Shown: positions 19,893-30,239 of the stretch, piece by piece
How the letters are laid out: the number at the start of each line of letters is the position of its first letter
Position numbering within the stretch: the first letter of the stretch is position 1
Source of the DNA: Candidatus Latescibacterota bacterium
GTDB lineage: Bacteria; Latescibacterota; UBA2968; UBA8231
Direction of reading: 5' to 3'
Length of the DNA: 64,000 bases
Assembly: GCA_965219385.1 (NCBI GenBank)
Contig: CBDCNM010000002.1
Span: 1,358,936 to 1,422,935 of the forward strand
Notes under the pieces: model-generated
The model's database searches: none
Seen by the model: the letters and a program-made list of their open reading frames with translations, nothing else
What the model was told of the DNA's origin: nothing
Made by a program: the position numbers and the translations under genes

Positions 19893-20368
19893 CCGACAGT
19901 CCCTCCTCGCTCCTTCAATGCTTGCTTAATCCGTTCTTTTACCGACAAACCCGCTCGCTGCCCGGCCACAAGCCCCTTCGCCTTTTGAGGCGGCTCAAAC
20001 CCTTCCAGCAGTTCACAAATTTCGGGACTTAGTTTCCCTTCCGATAACTGGAACCCCCCAAGAGGTTCTGGAAGAGGATCACCTATTACAGTTAGCGTAC
20101 GTTGATCCGGAAGGACAATCCTTTGCACTCTCTTTTCAACCATCAGATGCACTTTATCTGCGAGTACTTCTAAATTCGGCTCTTCGGGACCTTGAGCAGA
20201 AGGTTGAGAAGGAACGTGTTCATCAACGCCTCGAGCGGGTCTACCAAGTCCCTCCCCATCAAGCGCCGAATCTATGGAACCGCGTTTCATAATTGCCTCC
20301 ATTTCATAGGTTTCAAAAACCGTGCCAGTCTCGCGCTGACAGCAATCCGTGTACCATGCGAAATTCAA
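19889..20368 (-). CDS. Hypothetical protein (start uncertain, possibly MKRGSID at 20290)
   Basis: 159-aa ORF whose stop overlaps the next start (ATGA); no family recognised. Confidence 0.45.
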   Translation of the reverse strand: MNFAWYTDCCQRETGTVFETYEMEAIMKRGSIDSALDGEGLGRPARGVDEHVPSQPSAQGPEEPNLEVLADKVHLMVEKRVQRIVLPDQRTLTVIGDPLPEPLGGFQLSEGKLSPEICELLEGFEPPQKAKGLVAGQRAGLSVKERIKQALKERGGTVG

Positions 20369-20581
20369 CTGGGGTCACGACCGGATTATGTAAAGCTGGA
20401 GCTTGTGCCTGCCAACATGATGTTGCATATTATTTCCAAGAAGCACCTTATGTAGTAGGGAGGCAATATCTATGGCCAAACGGAAGCCGAAATCTGTTCC
20501 AGTTTAGAATAAACGAACAACGGAAAACCGCACAAGATTCCAAAATAGAAAACCGTCCGGTTTAAACACGAGAGGCTTATT

Positions 20582-21160
20582 ATGAACACCCCAAGTTTTG
20601 ATGCACTACACTTCGGTATCTGCCGCTCAATACTGTATCATAAGTATAGGCAATCTTTCTTTCAAAAACTTCAATCACTTTTCCTATTTATTGCTCTTCT
20701 GAGCGGAACCACGTCTGTGGCTATTATGGGAGAAATAATTCTTGAGGGCTCGTCGCCCTTTTGGAAGGCAGCCCCCTCTGTAGTGATCTCAATACTAATT
20801 GGCATTATGTTCGTGCTTCGGTTAAACGATAAGGCATCTCTTCATGGTGAGATCAGGTTGGATTTTGTCAAATTGCAGCAGGAAATGGAGCAGGGGCGTT
20901 TTTTGCAAGAGGACGAAATGAAAGAGTTCCTTTCTAAAGCAACAACGAAACGATTGGAGATTGAGTCTAAAGAGCCAAGGGTGCTTACGGTCCTTGACTT
21001 AACCTGCCACAATGAAATAATGCGATCCATGGGCTACCCTAAGGATCATAGTAGCTATACGTCCATTGGATATTTTTATAGACTATTGAGGCAATGGCTC
21101 GATATTAATCCAAATAAGCTTTTCACCAGCGGCTCAACACAGAAAAAAACTAGCGTGTAG
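20582..21160 (+). CDS. SLATT-like two-TM protein
   Basis: RSILYH..RQSFF preceding two TM helices and a helical C-terminus; AT-rich relative to flanks. Confidence 0.6.
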   Translation: MNTPSFDALHFGICRSILYHKYRQSFFQKLQSLFLFIALLSGTTSVAIMGEIILEGSSPFWKAAPSVVISILIGIMFVLRLNDKASLHGEIRLDFVKLQQEMEQGRFLQEDEMKEFLSKATTKRLEIESKEPRVLTVLDLTCHNEIMRSMGYPKDHSSYTSIGYFYRLLRQWLDINPNKLFTSGSTQKKTSV

Positions 21161-21260
21161 CCTGTCGGGCAGGGCCAAGTATCCCCCACGGTATTCACAA
21201 GGCCCAGGCCTGCCACTGTCCCCCCCAGGCCCTCTACCCCTATGAGGGAGGCAATATGTT

Positions 21261-21674
21261 ATGACTATGGATTGGACGCAATTATTGGCTGTAATGGGTG
21301 TGCCTATTACCATCATGCTTAGCCTGGCTGGGTTTGGTTGGAAGGTAATGGGCCGCATGGAGGACCGAATCAAGGCCAATGCCAAGGAGTCTGAGGCCCG
21401 CATCCGGGCCGATGCCAAGGAGTCTGAGGCCCGCATCCGGGCCGATGCCAAGGAGTCTGAAGGCCGCATCCGGGCCGATGCCAAGGAGTCTGAAGGCCGC
21501 ATCCGGGAGGACGCCCAAAAGGCCCATGAGGAGATTGGGAAGAATATTGATCGCTTGGACAATCACATCGCCCGCTTGGATGGTAAGATTGATAGGATGC
21601 GCCAAGAGCTGACCGGCCTGGCCGGACGAGTGGGGCACATCGAGGGCTACCTGAAGCTGAAGGCGGAGGATTAG
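21261..21674 (+). CDS. TM-anchored coiled-coil protein with 11-aa repeats
   Basis: N-terminal TM, four ADAKESE(A/G)RIR repeats, heptad tail; RBS gggagg. Confidence 0.75.
   Translation: MTMDWTQLLAVMGVPITIMLSLAGFGWKVMGRMEDRIKANAKESEARIRADAKESEARIRADAKESEGRIRADAKESEGRIREDAQKAHEEIGKNIDRLDNHIARLDGKIDRMRQELTGLAGRVGHIEGYLKLKAED
21375..21506 (+). repeat. Four 33-bp coding tandem repeats
   Basis: Unit gccgatgccaaggagtctgaggcccgcatccgg with minor variants. Confidence 0.95.
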
Positions 21675-21804
21675 GGGCTACGCGCGCGCAAGCATACGCT
21701 GGCATCAACCAACTTCTTTTTAAGATCTTTTGACAGCTTGATATCCTCCACCACCCAATCTGCCAAGTCCGCCGTTTCGATATCAGACGGGCTTGGCTCC
21801 TATT

Positions 21805-22012
21805 CTAATCTATCCAGATGTCGCCCAGGCCATCGTACCATTCGGAAGAAACCCACCAATCCACTCTTCGGGTATCGAAGGCCCACCCCGCTTGAGAAAA
21901 GTCCGCATCCGGCGTATCTTCTGTGATAATATCCTCCCACCGCTGGGCCGCCTGCTCAAAAACCGCCCGTTGAGCCGCCGTATACCCGCCTGGATCTACA
22001 AACACCAGCTCA
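21805..22012 (-). pseudogene. Fragment of a leishmanolysin-like zinc metalloprotease gene
   Basis: ELVFVDPGGYTAAQRAVFEQAAQRWEDIITEDTPD resembles the pre-catalytic segment of bacterial GP63-like proteases; no start and no HExxH. Confidence 0.5.
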
Positions 22013-22033
22013 CAGAAAGGCCAGGTAGAAGAG

Positions 22034-23521
22034 TTGAAGGCGGCAGACGACAAGGAGGGGAAGGCGCTCGGCCGGATCGCCCGCGGTGCGGTCCACACCC
22101 TCGGCAGCATGTACATAGGCCGGCTGGTCAACTGGATCGCCATCATCGTCCTCACCCGCCAGCTCTCCCCGGAGGACTTCGGCCACGTCGCCCTGGCCGC
22201 CTCCTTGCTGGCCCTGTGCATTGCCCTGCGCAACTTTGGCCTCCACTTTGCCCTGCTCCACCACTACGACCGCGTGGACGAACTGGCCCCCACCCACTTC
22301 GTCCTGAACACCGGCCTCGGCGCCCTCGGCGCCCTCGTGGCCATCGCTCTGGCCGTCCTCCTCGTAGACAGCCACTACGGCCGGACCGTGGCTACGGCCC
22401 TGGCCGTCTTCGCCGCCTTCGACCTTCTGCGGGCCACGGCCCTGACGGCCGAAACCCAGCTCAGACACGACCTGGAATTCAGCTCGGTGGCAGGGGCCCA
22501 TGCCGCCGCCCTGATCCTCTCTGCCGCCGCCGGCATTGCGGTGGCCTATCTGGGAGGCGGAATCTGGGCCCTGATCCTCAGCCATTCCATCTACGGAATC
22601 GCCTACGTCGCGTGCTATTGCGTCCTGATCTGGCGCCACCGCTCTCCCCTGCGCCTCCGGCTCTCCGAGTTCGACCCGGCCGGGGCTCGCAGCCTGCTCG
22701 GTTACGGAGCCCGGATCTGGGCCGGACTCATTCTGCAGGCCCTCCTCCTCAATTTCGACAGACTCATCGTCTACGCCCTGCTCAACCCCGCGATACTCGG
22801 ATTCTACGATAGAGCCCATGTCTTCGCGCAGCTGCCCACCGGGGCCGTCGCCAATCTAATCTCCGGGGTCACGGGCACGGTCTTCGCGCGTTACCAGCAG
22901 GGCCGGCAGCAGCTCTCCGGCGCCTTTCGCCGCACCCTGAGATTGGTTCTGCGCTCTACCCTGCCCTTTTCCGTATTGATTGCGGTCGAGGCTCCGATCC
23001 TCACCCGCTTGCTCCTGGGCGAGGCGTGGCTGCCCATGGCGCCGATTCTGCGCTATCTGCTCATTTATTCTCTTTGCCGCCCCCTCATAGAAACGGTTCA
23101 GGCCCTGTTGCGCAGTGTCGGAGATGCGCGGGGAATCGTTGGTTTTGCGTCGATACAGACCGGCGTGCTCCTGGTCGCAGCGCCTTTGCTGACCTGGACC
23201 CTGGGCATTGAAGGCACTGCCCTGAGCATGAATTTGACCGCCCTGATCGGGGTGATCCTGGCCCTCCGCCGCACCACCCATTGCGTCGAAGTGCCCTGGG
23301 TGCGCACCTTTGTTCCTCCCCTTCTGGCGACGGGCGCGGCCGCGGCCGTCCGCCTCTCTGCCACCGGTTTCGTGGACCGCTTCCCCGCGCCGGTAGCCTT
23401 GCTCACCGGCGCCGCTCTTTTCTCTCTCTCCTACGGTATTGCCCTCCTCCTCCTGGAACGCCGGACCCTCCTGAATGAGTTGCGCACCCTGTGGACGGTC
23501 CTCGGGAAAGGTGGAGAATAA
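22034..23521 (+). CDS. Oligosaccharide flippase (Wzx/PST family)
   Basis: LTRQLSPEDFG, GGGIWAL, D.LIV..LL....LGFY.RA; many TM helices. Confidence 0.9.
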   Translation: MKAADDKEGKALGRIARGAVHTLGSMYIGRLVNWIAIIVLTRQLSPEDFGHVALAASLLALCIALRNFGLHFALLHHYDRVDELAPTHFVLNTGLGALGALVAIALAVLLVDSHYGRTVATALAVFAAFDLLRATALTAETQLRHDLEFSSVAGAHAAALILSAAAGIAVAYLGGGIWALILSHSIYGIAYVACYCVLIWRHRSPLRLRLSEFDPAGARSLLGYGARIWAGLILQALLLNFDRLIVYALLNPAILGFYDRAHVFAQLPTGAVANLISGVTGTVFARYQQGRQQLSGAFRRTLRLVLRSTLPFSVLIAVEAPILTRLLLGEAWLPMAPILRYLLIYSLCRPLIETVQALLRSVGDARGIVGFASIQTGVLLVAAPLLTWTLGIEGTALSMNLTALIGVILALRRTTHCVEVPWVRTFVPPLLATGAAAAVRLSATGFVDRFPAPVALLTGAALFSLSYGIALLLLERRTLLNELRTLWTVLGKGGE

Positions 23522-23563
23522 GCAATTTACCTCGCTAGCGGGCACCCCGGCGCGCTCATGTTT

Positions 23564-23983
23564 TCAACCTTCTCCCTCTGCCACCGGCTCGAAGGCCAGG
23601 AAGGTCCGGGCGTTCCGGTGCAGGAATTTCACCTTCATCGGCGTTCCGAGCTTTATGCTCCCGGGATTTTGGGTATCGACGCCTTCAATCCGGGCCACCA
23701 CCCGGGTCTTTTCATCCAGCTCCACCGCGCCGGTGCAATACGGGTTTTTGCGGTCGTAGCCTTCTTCGGCCATAAAGGAAGGACCAATGGTAATGCAGGT
23801 GAAGGCCGCGAGGGTGCCGGTGCCCTTCACCTGGGTCCACTCCATGCCGAAGCCGTAGCACTTGACGCACACCAGACGCGGCGGCACGAAGAGGGCGCCG
23901 CATCCGGCACACCTGGATCCCATGAGTTTTTCTTCCCGCAAGAACTGTTCAAAAGCGTGATCGTTTACCGGCCTTTCCGCCAC
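23564..23983 (-). CDS. Zn-ribbon/OB-fold DUF35 family protein
   Basis: C..CG....PPR..C..C and V.LDE..RV.AR; follows a thiolase. Confidence 0.92.
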   Translation of the reverse strand: MAERPVNDHAFEQFLREEKLMGSRCAGCGALFVPPRLVCVKCYGFGMEWTQVKGTGTLAAFTCITIGPSFMAEEGYDRKNPYCTGAVELDEKTRVVARIEGVDTQNPGSIKLGTPMKVKFLHRNARTFLAFEPVAEGEG

Positions 23984-23987
23984 GGCC

Positions 23988-25253
23988 CTACCTCCTTTCG
24001 AGGATGGTAAAGGTGCAGGTGCCGCCGGTGCCGCCCAGGTTGTGGGCGGCGCCGATCCGCAGGTTCTGATTCGGCACCTGCCGGTCCCCGGCCGCGTGGC
24101 GCAGCTGCTCCCAAATCTCGATCAACTGGGCGGCGCCCGTGGCCCCCACCGGATGGCCCTTGCACTTGAGTCCTCCCGAGGTGTTGATCGGCCGGGGGCC
24201 GTCCAGCCGGGTCAGACCGTCCTCCACGGCCTTGTAGCCTTCTCCGGGCTTGAAGAATCCCAGGTCCTCTATGTGGATGAGTTCGGCAATGGAAAAGCAG
24301 TCGTGGACCTCGGCGCACTGGATGTCATCGGGACCCAGATCCGCCATGCCGTAGGCTTCCCGGGCGGCCGCGCGGGTGGCTTCGAAGTAGGTCAGATCAT
24401 CGGCCGCGTGCAACCCCCGGCCGCTGCCCTGTCCCAGACCGGCGACGTGGAGCGGGTCGTCGGTGAAGTTGCGGGCCCTCTCCTCGCCGACCAGGAGTAG
24501 ACAGCCGGCGCCGTCGCTGATGGGACAGCAGTCGAAAAGATGCATGGGCCAGGCGATAGAGGGATTGGCGCTGGAATCGCTGAGAAACTCCTTCTCGTCC
24601 GCCCATTCGGGTACGGGATCGCCCTTGGCTTGGGCGCGTTCGACCCTCGATTCCATGATGTCGCGGATGGAGACCTTGTACTGGGCCTTGGGGTTGAGAG
24701 GGGCGTTTTCGTGGCTCTTGATGGTGACGTTCATGAGGTGCTCGCGCCCGGCCCCGTGCTTGTCGAAGTAAGCCGTGGCAATCGAGCCGAAGACCCCCGG
24801 GAAGGTGAAGCCGGCCTTGCGCTCGTAGGGAACGGCCGCCAGGGCCAGACCCTCTGCCACTTCCGCGGTGGAGCATTTGGACATGTCTTCGACCCCGCCG
24901 ACCAGGACCATATCGTAAAAACCCGAGGCAATGGCAAAGACCCCTTCGCGGAAGGCCAGGGCGCTCGAAGCGCAGGCCCCCTCGGTGCGGGTGGCCGGTC
25001 TGGGGACCAAACCTATGGTATCGGAAAGGATGGCGCTCCAGTGTGATTGCCCGACGAAGAAATCGTTGGAAAAATTGCCCACGTAGAGGGCATCGATGTC
25101 CCTGGGGTCAACGCCCTTGTCCACCGATTCCAGCATGCTCTTGAAGGCTTCGGCGAAAAGGTCCTTGGAATCTCTGTCGTCGAACATATCGAATTTGGAC
25201 ATGCCGGCGCCGACCACGGCAACGCCGCGTCCGAGTCTGCGTTTTTTGTTCAT
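23988..25253 (-). CDS. Thiolase, SCP2/archaeal type
   Basis: EGACASS, CCPISDGA, EVHDCF, NTSGGL..KGHPVGATG, HNLGG. Confidence 0.93.
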   Translation of the reverse strand: MNKKRRLGRGVAVVGAGMSKFDMFDDRDSKDLFAEAFKSMLESVDKGVDPRDIDALYVGNFSNDFFVGQSHWSAILSDTIGLVPRPATRTEGACASSALAFREGVFAIASGFYDMVLVGGVEDMSKCSTAEVAEGLALAAVPYERKAGFTFPGVFGSIATAYFDKHGAGREHLMNVTIKSHENAPLNPKAQYKVSIRDIMESRVERAQAKGDPVPEWADEKEFLSDSSANPSIAWPMHLFDCCPISDGAGCLLLVGEERARNFTDDPLHVAGLGQGSGRGLHAADDLTYFEATRAAAREAYGMADLGPDDIQCAEVHDCFSIAELIHIEDLGFFKPGEGYKAVEDGLTRLDGPRPINTSGGLKCKGHPVGATGAAQLIEIWEQLRHAAGDRQVPNQNLRIGAAHNLGGTGGTCTFTILERR

Positions 25254-25268
25254 AGTGACCTCCGGTGT

Positions 25269-26831
25269 TTAGACCTTGCGTTCCTTTCCCGTCCAGTAGC
25301 TTTCGCGCAGTTCCCGCTTGAGGATTTTGCCGTAGTTGTTCTTGGGCAACTCATCCACAAAATCCACCGATTTGGGTTTTTTGAAGCTGGCGATGTTTTC
25401 CCTGCAAAAATCGATCAGTTCCTCCTCGCTGGCTTTTTTCCCGGGCACAGTGGCAACCACGGCCTTGACCGACTCGCCCCACTGGGGGTCTGGAGCGCCG
25501 ACCACGGCGACCTCGCGCACGGCCGGGTGCTGGATGAGGACTTCCTCGATTTCGCGCGGATAGATGTTTTCGCCGCCGCTTATGATCATGTCCTTGGAGC
25601 GGTCCATGATGAAAAGATAGCCTTTTTCGTCCAGGTACCCCATGTCGCCGGTGTGCAGCCACCCGTTCCGCAAGGTTTCGGCCGTGGCTTCGGGATTGTT
25701 CCAGTAGCCCTTCATCACCAGATCCGAGCGCGTCGCGATTTCGCCCGTCTGGCCGGGCGGGAGTTCGTTGTCTTCGGAGTCGAGGATTTTGACCTCCACG
25801 TCGGTGCGCGGGATGCCCGCCGAGCCAAGGTGCCGGATTTGCCCGGAGGTCCCCTGGAGGACGTGGCCCTGGTGGGGGAGGTAGGAAATGGTCATGGGGG
25901 ATTCGGCCTGGCCGTAGAGCTGGACCAGGCAGGGGCCCAGTTTTTCCATGGCCTCCATCAAGTCCTCCACCAGCATGGGGGCGCCGCCGTAGTTGAGAGC
26001 CTTCATGGAGCCGTGATCGTAGCGCTCCAGGGCGGGACTGTCCAGCAGCAGTTTTATCATGGTGGGCGCGGCGAACAGGTTGGTGACGCGGTACTCCTCG
26101 ATGGTCTTGAGGATCTGTTCGGGGTCAAAGGATTTGGATTCCAGGATGATATTGGCGGCGGCTTTGCCGATGTTGGGCAGGGCGTAGCAGCCGCTGCCGT
26201 GGGACAGAGGGGCAGCGTGAAGGACCACATCCTCGGGACCGCAGCCCGGGTTTATATCGGCGTAGAAGTTCATGGTCATGGCCAGCAGGTTGCGATGGGT
26301 CAGCATGGCGCCTTTGGGCTGGCCCGTGGTGCCCGAGGTGTAGAAGATCCAGGCCACGTCGTCGCATTCCACCTCGGCGTCTTCGAGGTGAGCGGACTCG
26401 GCGGCGAGCAGGGCCTCGTAATCGAGGAGCTGGGCGCGGGCCTCGGCGACGGCAATCAGGTGGCGGGCACGCGGTATCTGATCGCGGATCTCGAGGATGG
26501 CGTCATTGAACTCCGGCGAGACCAGGACGGCCCTGGATTCGGAGTGGCTGATGATAAAGGCGAACTCGCTGGAGTGGAGTCTAAAGTTGATGGGCACGGC
26601 GCCGCAACCGGCCTTGAAGCAGGCGAACATGGACTCCAGCATCTCCGGGCAATTGTGCATGAGCAGAGCCACGTTGTCCCGCTGCCGCACCCCGAGCTTG
26701 CGCAGGGCGTTGGCCAGCTGGTTGGCGCGGGCATTGAAGCAGGCGTAGTCCAGCCTGGTGGAGCCGTGGGCAATGGCCAGCTTGCCGGGAAAGCTGGTGG
26801 CGGATTTGCTCAGTAGTTTGCCGATGTTCAT
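25269..26831 (-). CDS. Acyl-CoA synthetase (AMP-forming)
   Basis: YTSGTTGQPKG, YGQAE, GWLHTGD, SGGENIYPREIE, LPKN..GKILK. Confidence 0.95.
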   Translation of the reverse strand: MNIGKLLSKSATSFPGKLAIAHGSTRLDYACFNARANQLANALRKLGVRQRDNVALLMHNCPEMLESMFACFKAGCGAVPINFRLHSSEFAFIISHSESRAVLVSPEFNDAILEIRDQIPRARHLIAVAEARAQLLDYEALLAAESAHLEDAEVECDDVAWIFYTSGTTGQPKGAMLTHRNLLAMTMNFYADINPGCGPEDVVLHAAPLSHGSGCYALPNIGKAAANIILESKSFDPEQILKTIEEYRVTNLFAAPTMIKLLLDSPALERYDHGSMKALNYGGAPMLVEDLMEAMEKLGPCLVQLYGQAESPMTISYLPHQGHVLQGTSGQIRHLGSAGIPRTDVEVKILDSEDNELPPGQTGEIATRSDLVMKGYWNNPEATAETLRNGWLHTGDMGYLDEKGYLFIMDRSKDMIISGGENIYPREIEEVLIQHPAVREVAVVGAPDPQWGESVKAVVATVPGKKASEEELIDFCRENIASFKKPKSVDFVDELPKNNYGKILKRELRESYWTGKERKV

Positions 26832-27041
26832 GCTGTACCCGCAGACTCTCCGGATTCGAGCGGTTCCTCGGAAGCCTTCTCAATTAATAATAACCAGCAA
26901 ACGCATCCGGTTCAAACCGTCCCTCCAGGAAGACAGCGGTTATCTGCACGGCCACTGCTTTCGCCTATTGCCAAGCCCAAAAAAAACCATTTAATACATT
27001 AGCACTACTGTGAATGGAAAGAAAGCAAAGAAAGGAGAGGT

Positions 27042-28004
27042 ATGAAAGCTGCACAACTGGTCGCGCCGCGCAAGTGGCAAATGATTGAAGTGGACAAACC
27101 CCGGGCCAGCAACGGCAATATGCTGGTGCGCCTGGAGCGGGTGGCGATTTGCGGGACGGACAAACCCTCCTTCTGCGGTCCCTACTCCTCCTACCCTCTC
27201 GAACCTGGAAGCACCGGGCACGAGGGTCTGGGGATTGTGGAGTCGTGTCCGTCGGACGCTTTCCAGGAGGGGGACCGGGTGTTGTTGTGGGGTTCCGACC
27301 GCGGGCTCTTTCAGGAGTACGTGCTGGCTCCGGATCAAGGGTGCGTCTTGCTGCCCAAGGACTTCGAGCCCGAGATCGTGTTGATGAGCCAGTTGCTGGG
27401 TACGGTCATCCATTGCTTCTTCAAGCTCGGCAATCTCATCAACCAGAAGGTGGTGGTCCTCGGTCAGGGGTCGGTGGGGCAGTTGTTCAACGCCACCTTG
27501 CGCAACCTGGGCGCCAAGCACATCATCGGAGTTGATCCCCTGAGCTACAAGCTCGGAGTGGCCCCCAGGATGGGAGCTACCCACACCGTCAATCCGGCCG
27601 AACGCGACGTGGTGGAAGCCGTGAGCGAGATAACAAAAGGGGAGATGGCGGATGTGGTTGTGGAGGCGATTGGTCGCGAAGAAAGCCTCAATTTAAGCGC
27701 CTCTTTGCTGCGCCGCAACGGCACTCTCGTCTACTTCGGGGTGCCCGACAAGGACAACCCCGAGGGGATCTTGAAGGTGGACTTCAAAGAGATATTCTCC
27801 AGGGAGCTGCGCCTGGTCACGACCGTCGGCCCCAATCCGCAGCTGGACTACACCACCGCCCTGGACTGGATCACCCAGGGACGCCTGGACGTCCGTCCAA
27901 TCCTCAGCCACGTCCTGCCTTTCGAAGAGATCCAGCAGGCTTTCGAGATGGCGTTTGAGCAGCCCGCAGAGCACAAATCGCTCAAGGTCATCCTCAAGTT
28001 TTGA
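27042..28004 (+). CDS. Zinc-binding MDR family dehydrogenase
   Basis: ICGTD, GHE, GQGSVG Rossmann motif. Confidence 0.9.
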   Translation: MKAAQLVAPRKWQMIEVDKPRASNGNMLVRLERVAICGTDKPSFCGPYSSYPLEPGSTGHEGLGIVESCPSDAFQEGDRVLLWGSDRGLFQEYVLAPDQGCVLLPKDFEPEIVLMSQLLGTVIHCFFKLGNLINQKVVVLGQGSVGQLFNATLRNLGAKHIIGVDPLSYKLGVAPRMGATHTVNPAERDVVEAVSEITKGEMADVVVEAIGREESLNLSASLLRRNGTLVYFGVPDKDNPEGILKVDFKEIFSRELRLVTTVGPNPQLDYTTALDWITQGRLDVRPILSHVLPFEEIQQAFEMAFEQPAEHKSLKVILKF

Positions 28005-28022
28005 ACACCGCAGGGAAGATAC

Positions 28023-28706
28023 TCATTGGGGCATTTGAAGAATCTCTGGGACCTGGATGATCAGGGCACGGTCACACACGCGCTCGACCACGTCGAGGAC
28101 GTACGAGCTGTAGAGAATGGTCTTACCTTCCGCCGCCAGGGCGGCGACCAGGTCCCGGACCATGAGCCCGGTATTGACGTCCAAACCCGAGAGGGGCTCG
28201 TCGAGCATCACCACCTCGGGATTGTGAAGGAGGGCCGCGCTCAGGAGCACTTTCTGGCGCATGCCCTTCGAGTACCCATCCAGACGACGCAGGCGGTCGT
28301 CGGCCAGGTCAAAGTGCTTGAGGAATCGGCCAATTCGCGACTGAAGAATCTCTTCGGGGACTTCCTGAAGGCGGCCCATGAGCTCCAGGAATTCCTGTCC
28401 CGTCAGGCTTTCAAAGAGCGCCGCAGCTTCCGGAACATAGCCGATGCGTTTCTTGGCCTCCACGGCCCCGGCGGGCATGGAATAGCCAGCTACCCGAACC
28501 GACCCTCCGCCGGGTGGGAGGATACCCGTCAGGATCTTGATGGTCGTGCTCTTACCGGCGCCGTTCGGCCCCAGCAGTCCGACGACCTCGCCTTTCCCCA
28601 GAGCAAAGGATATCCCGTGCAGGACCTGCCTGCTCCCGTAGCTGAAGGCCAGCCCGTCCACGGTCACAACCGAATCGCGATTATGTGCCTTACTCAAGTG
28701 ATCCAT
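28023..28706 (-). pseudogene. ABC transporter ATP-binding protein, probably degraded
   Basis: GPNGAGKST, YSKGM, LDEP present; H-loop reads SSY instead of SSH; ends abruptly after RALII; no permease adjacent. Confidence 0.65.
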
Positions 28707-28828
28707 AGCTTCGAAGCCAGCACCCACCAACCTGCCAAGCTGGCGCGGCGCTTGCCTCTCGCGGTTCTCATCCAGCAAGTGCCGTGAAAGCGATAGGCAG
28801 GTCGGGCGAAGGCGCAAAGGTGCCGAAT

Positions 28829-29866
28829 TTACCCCACCCTGTATTCCTCAATCGCCTCTTCGTCCAGTTCCACACCCAGGCCTGGCTTGTCGGAGACGAT
28901 GGCGTAGCCGTCTTGCACCAGGGGCTCGGCCAGGAGGCTGTGTTGGTGTACGAAGTTGCCGCACAGATCGCTGCCGAGGGTGCAGTTGGGAGCCGCGGCC
29001 GAGGCGTGCATGCGGAAGGCGTCGTGAACCCCCAGGTCCACGTTGGAAGCCTGCCACACCGGAATGTCGCCGGCCTCGGCAATGCGCGCCATGTCCAAAA
29101 AGCCCCAGTCCGAGGGGGCCACGTTGATGCCGTCCACGGCGTTGAGATGCACCGCCTCGATCACCTGCTGGGGGTTCTGCAGGTGCGGGGCAATGATGAT
29201 GGGGGTTTCTTCTTTGAGGCGGCGATAGTCCGCCCAGTCGTCCTTGGGGATGGGGTCTTCGAAGATCAGGTCGTACATCTCGATCTGGCGGGCCAGCTCC
29301 AGCGCCTGCTCCACGGTGTGGAAGTGATGACCCGGGTCCAGCACAATCCGCAGCGCGGGCGCGGCCTCGTGCATGGCGTGAATCCGCTCGGCCACGTTGC
29401 CGTCTTCCAGCCGGCACTTGATCTTGATGCCGTGGAAGCCCTGTTCCGCGGCGCGGCGGGCCGCGGCAGCCGAGTCTTCGGGGCCCATGCGGGTGATCCA
29501 GTAGTCCACCAGGATGCGGTCCTGGAACTTGCCGCCAAAAATGCGGCACAGGGGCCAGCCAACGGCCTTGCCGATCAGGTCCAGCAAGGCCATGTCGTAG
29601 CTACCGCCGCGCAGGGTGCGCGGCTCGAAGTCGAGGGGATTCACGCCGATCAGGTCCGGGGGGTTGTCCCCGCGCTCGCCGAAGTAGGGCCCGCTCATGC
29701 CGATACCGGTGAGGCCATCGTCGGTGTGGACGCGCACCACGTCCTGCCTTCTGTGGCTCAGGGGTTGGGGATAGCCGGAGTTGTACTCTTCGTACTCGGG
29801 CGTGGGCAGGATGCCGGGCAGGAAGGGCACGCAGCATACTGTGCGTTCGAGATGGGTGATTTTCAT
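28829..29866 (-). CDS. Mandelate racemase/muconate lactonizing enzyme family protein
   Basis: RVHTDDGLTGIG, DMALLDLIGK, KIK, EDP, PGLGVELD. Confidence 0.92.
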   Translation of the reverse strand: MKITHLERTVCCVPFLPGILPTPEYEEYNSGYPQPLSHRRQDVVRVHTDDGLTGIGMSGPYFGERGDNPPDLIGVNPLDFEPRTLRGGSYDMALLDLIGKAVGWPLCRIFGGKFQDRILVDYWITRMGPEDSAAAARRAAEQGFHGIKIKCRLEDGNVAERIHAMHEAAPALRIVLDPGHHFHTVEQALELARQIEMYDLIFEDPIPKDDWADYRRLKEETPIIIAPHLQNPQQVIEAVHLNAVDGINVAPSDWGFLDMARIAEAGDIPVWQASNVDLGVHDAFRMHASAAAPNCTLGSDLCGNFVHQHSLLAEPLVQDGYAIVSDKPGLGVELDEEAIEEYRVG

Positions 29867-29881
29867 TGACGCTCCTTTTTA

Positions 29882-29954
29882 AAATTCCCGGTGCACCCCG
29901 AGCCCGAGCGCATTGGCTGCCTTGTGCCAGGCAAAAGCGGCGGACAAGGCGGGC
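29882..29954. repeat. Dispersed intergenic repeat, copy A
   Basis: aaattcccggtgcaccccgagcccgagcgcattggctgccttgtgccaggcaaaagcggcggacaaggcgggc; near-identical to 31694..31765. Confidence 0.9.
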
Positions 29955-29994
29955 TCATCTTGAAAAACCGGTTGATTACTTCTGCCGGAATGCA

Positions 29995-30228
29995 CTAGGG
30001 GGCGTATGGATCTTCCGCATCCAGGATCTTCTGGAGCGTCTCCTTGGTGCCGAAACGCTTTATCTCGTCCTCGTAGACCCTGTTCTCCGTGCGCACCTGC
30101 AGGATGTGCCAGACGATCCACAGGACCATGCCGACAAGGAACAGCGCAAGCTCCGAACCCACGAAGGGATACAAGGGGCCGATCTCCGCAATGTTGCCCC
30201 CCCAATTCTCGATGTTACCCGTAGCCAT
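29995..30228 (-). CDS. Small membrane protein downstream of Amt
   Basis: MATGNIENWGGNIAEIGPLYPFVGSE followed by one TM helix; RBS ggaggaa. Confidence 0.7.
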   Translation of the reverse strand: MATGNIENWGGNIAEIGPLYPFVGSELALFLVGMVLWIVWHILQVRTENRVYEDEIKRFGTKETLQKILDAEDPYAP

Positions 30229-30239
30229 GACTTCCTCCT

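Noticed and set aside
23564..26831. Ligase-thiolase-DUF35 cluster as a novel system
   Set aside because: Thiolase-DUF35 pairing is a well-known module; only the substrate is unknown.
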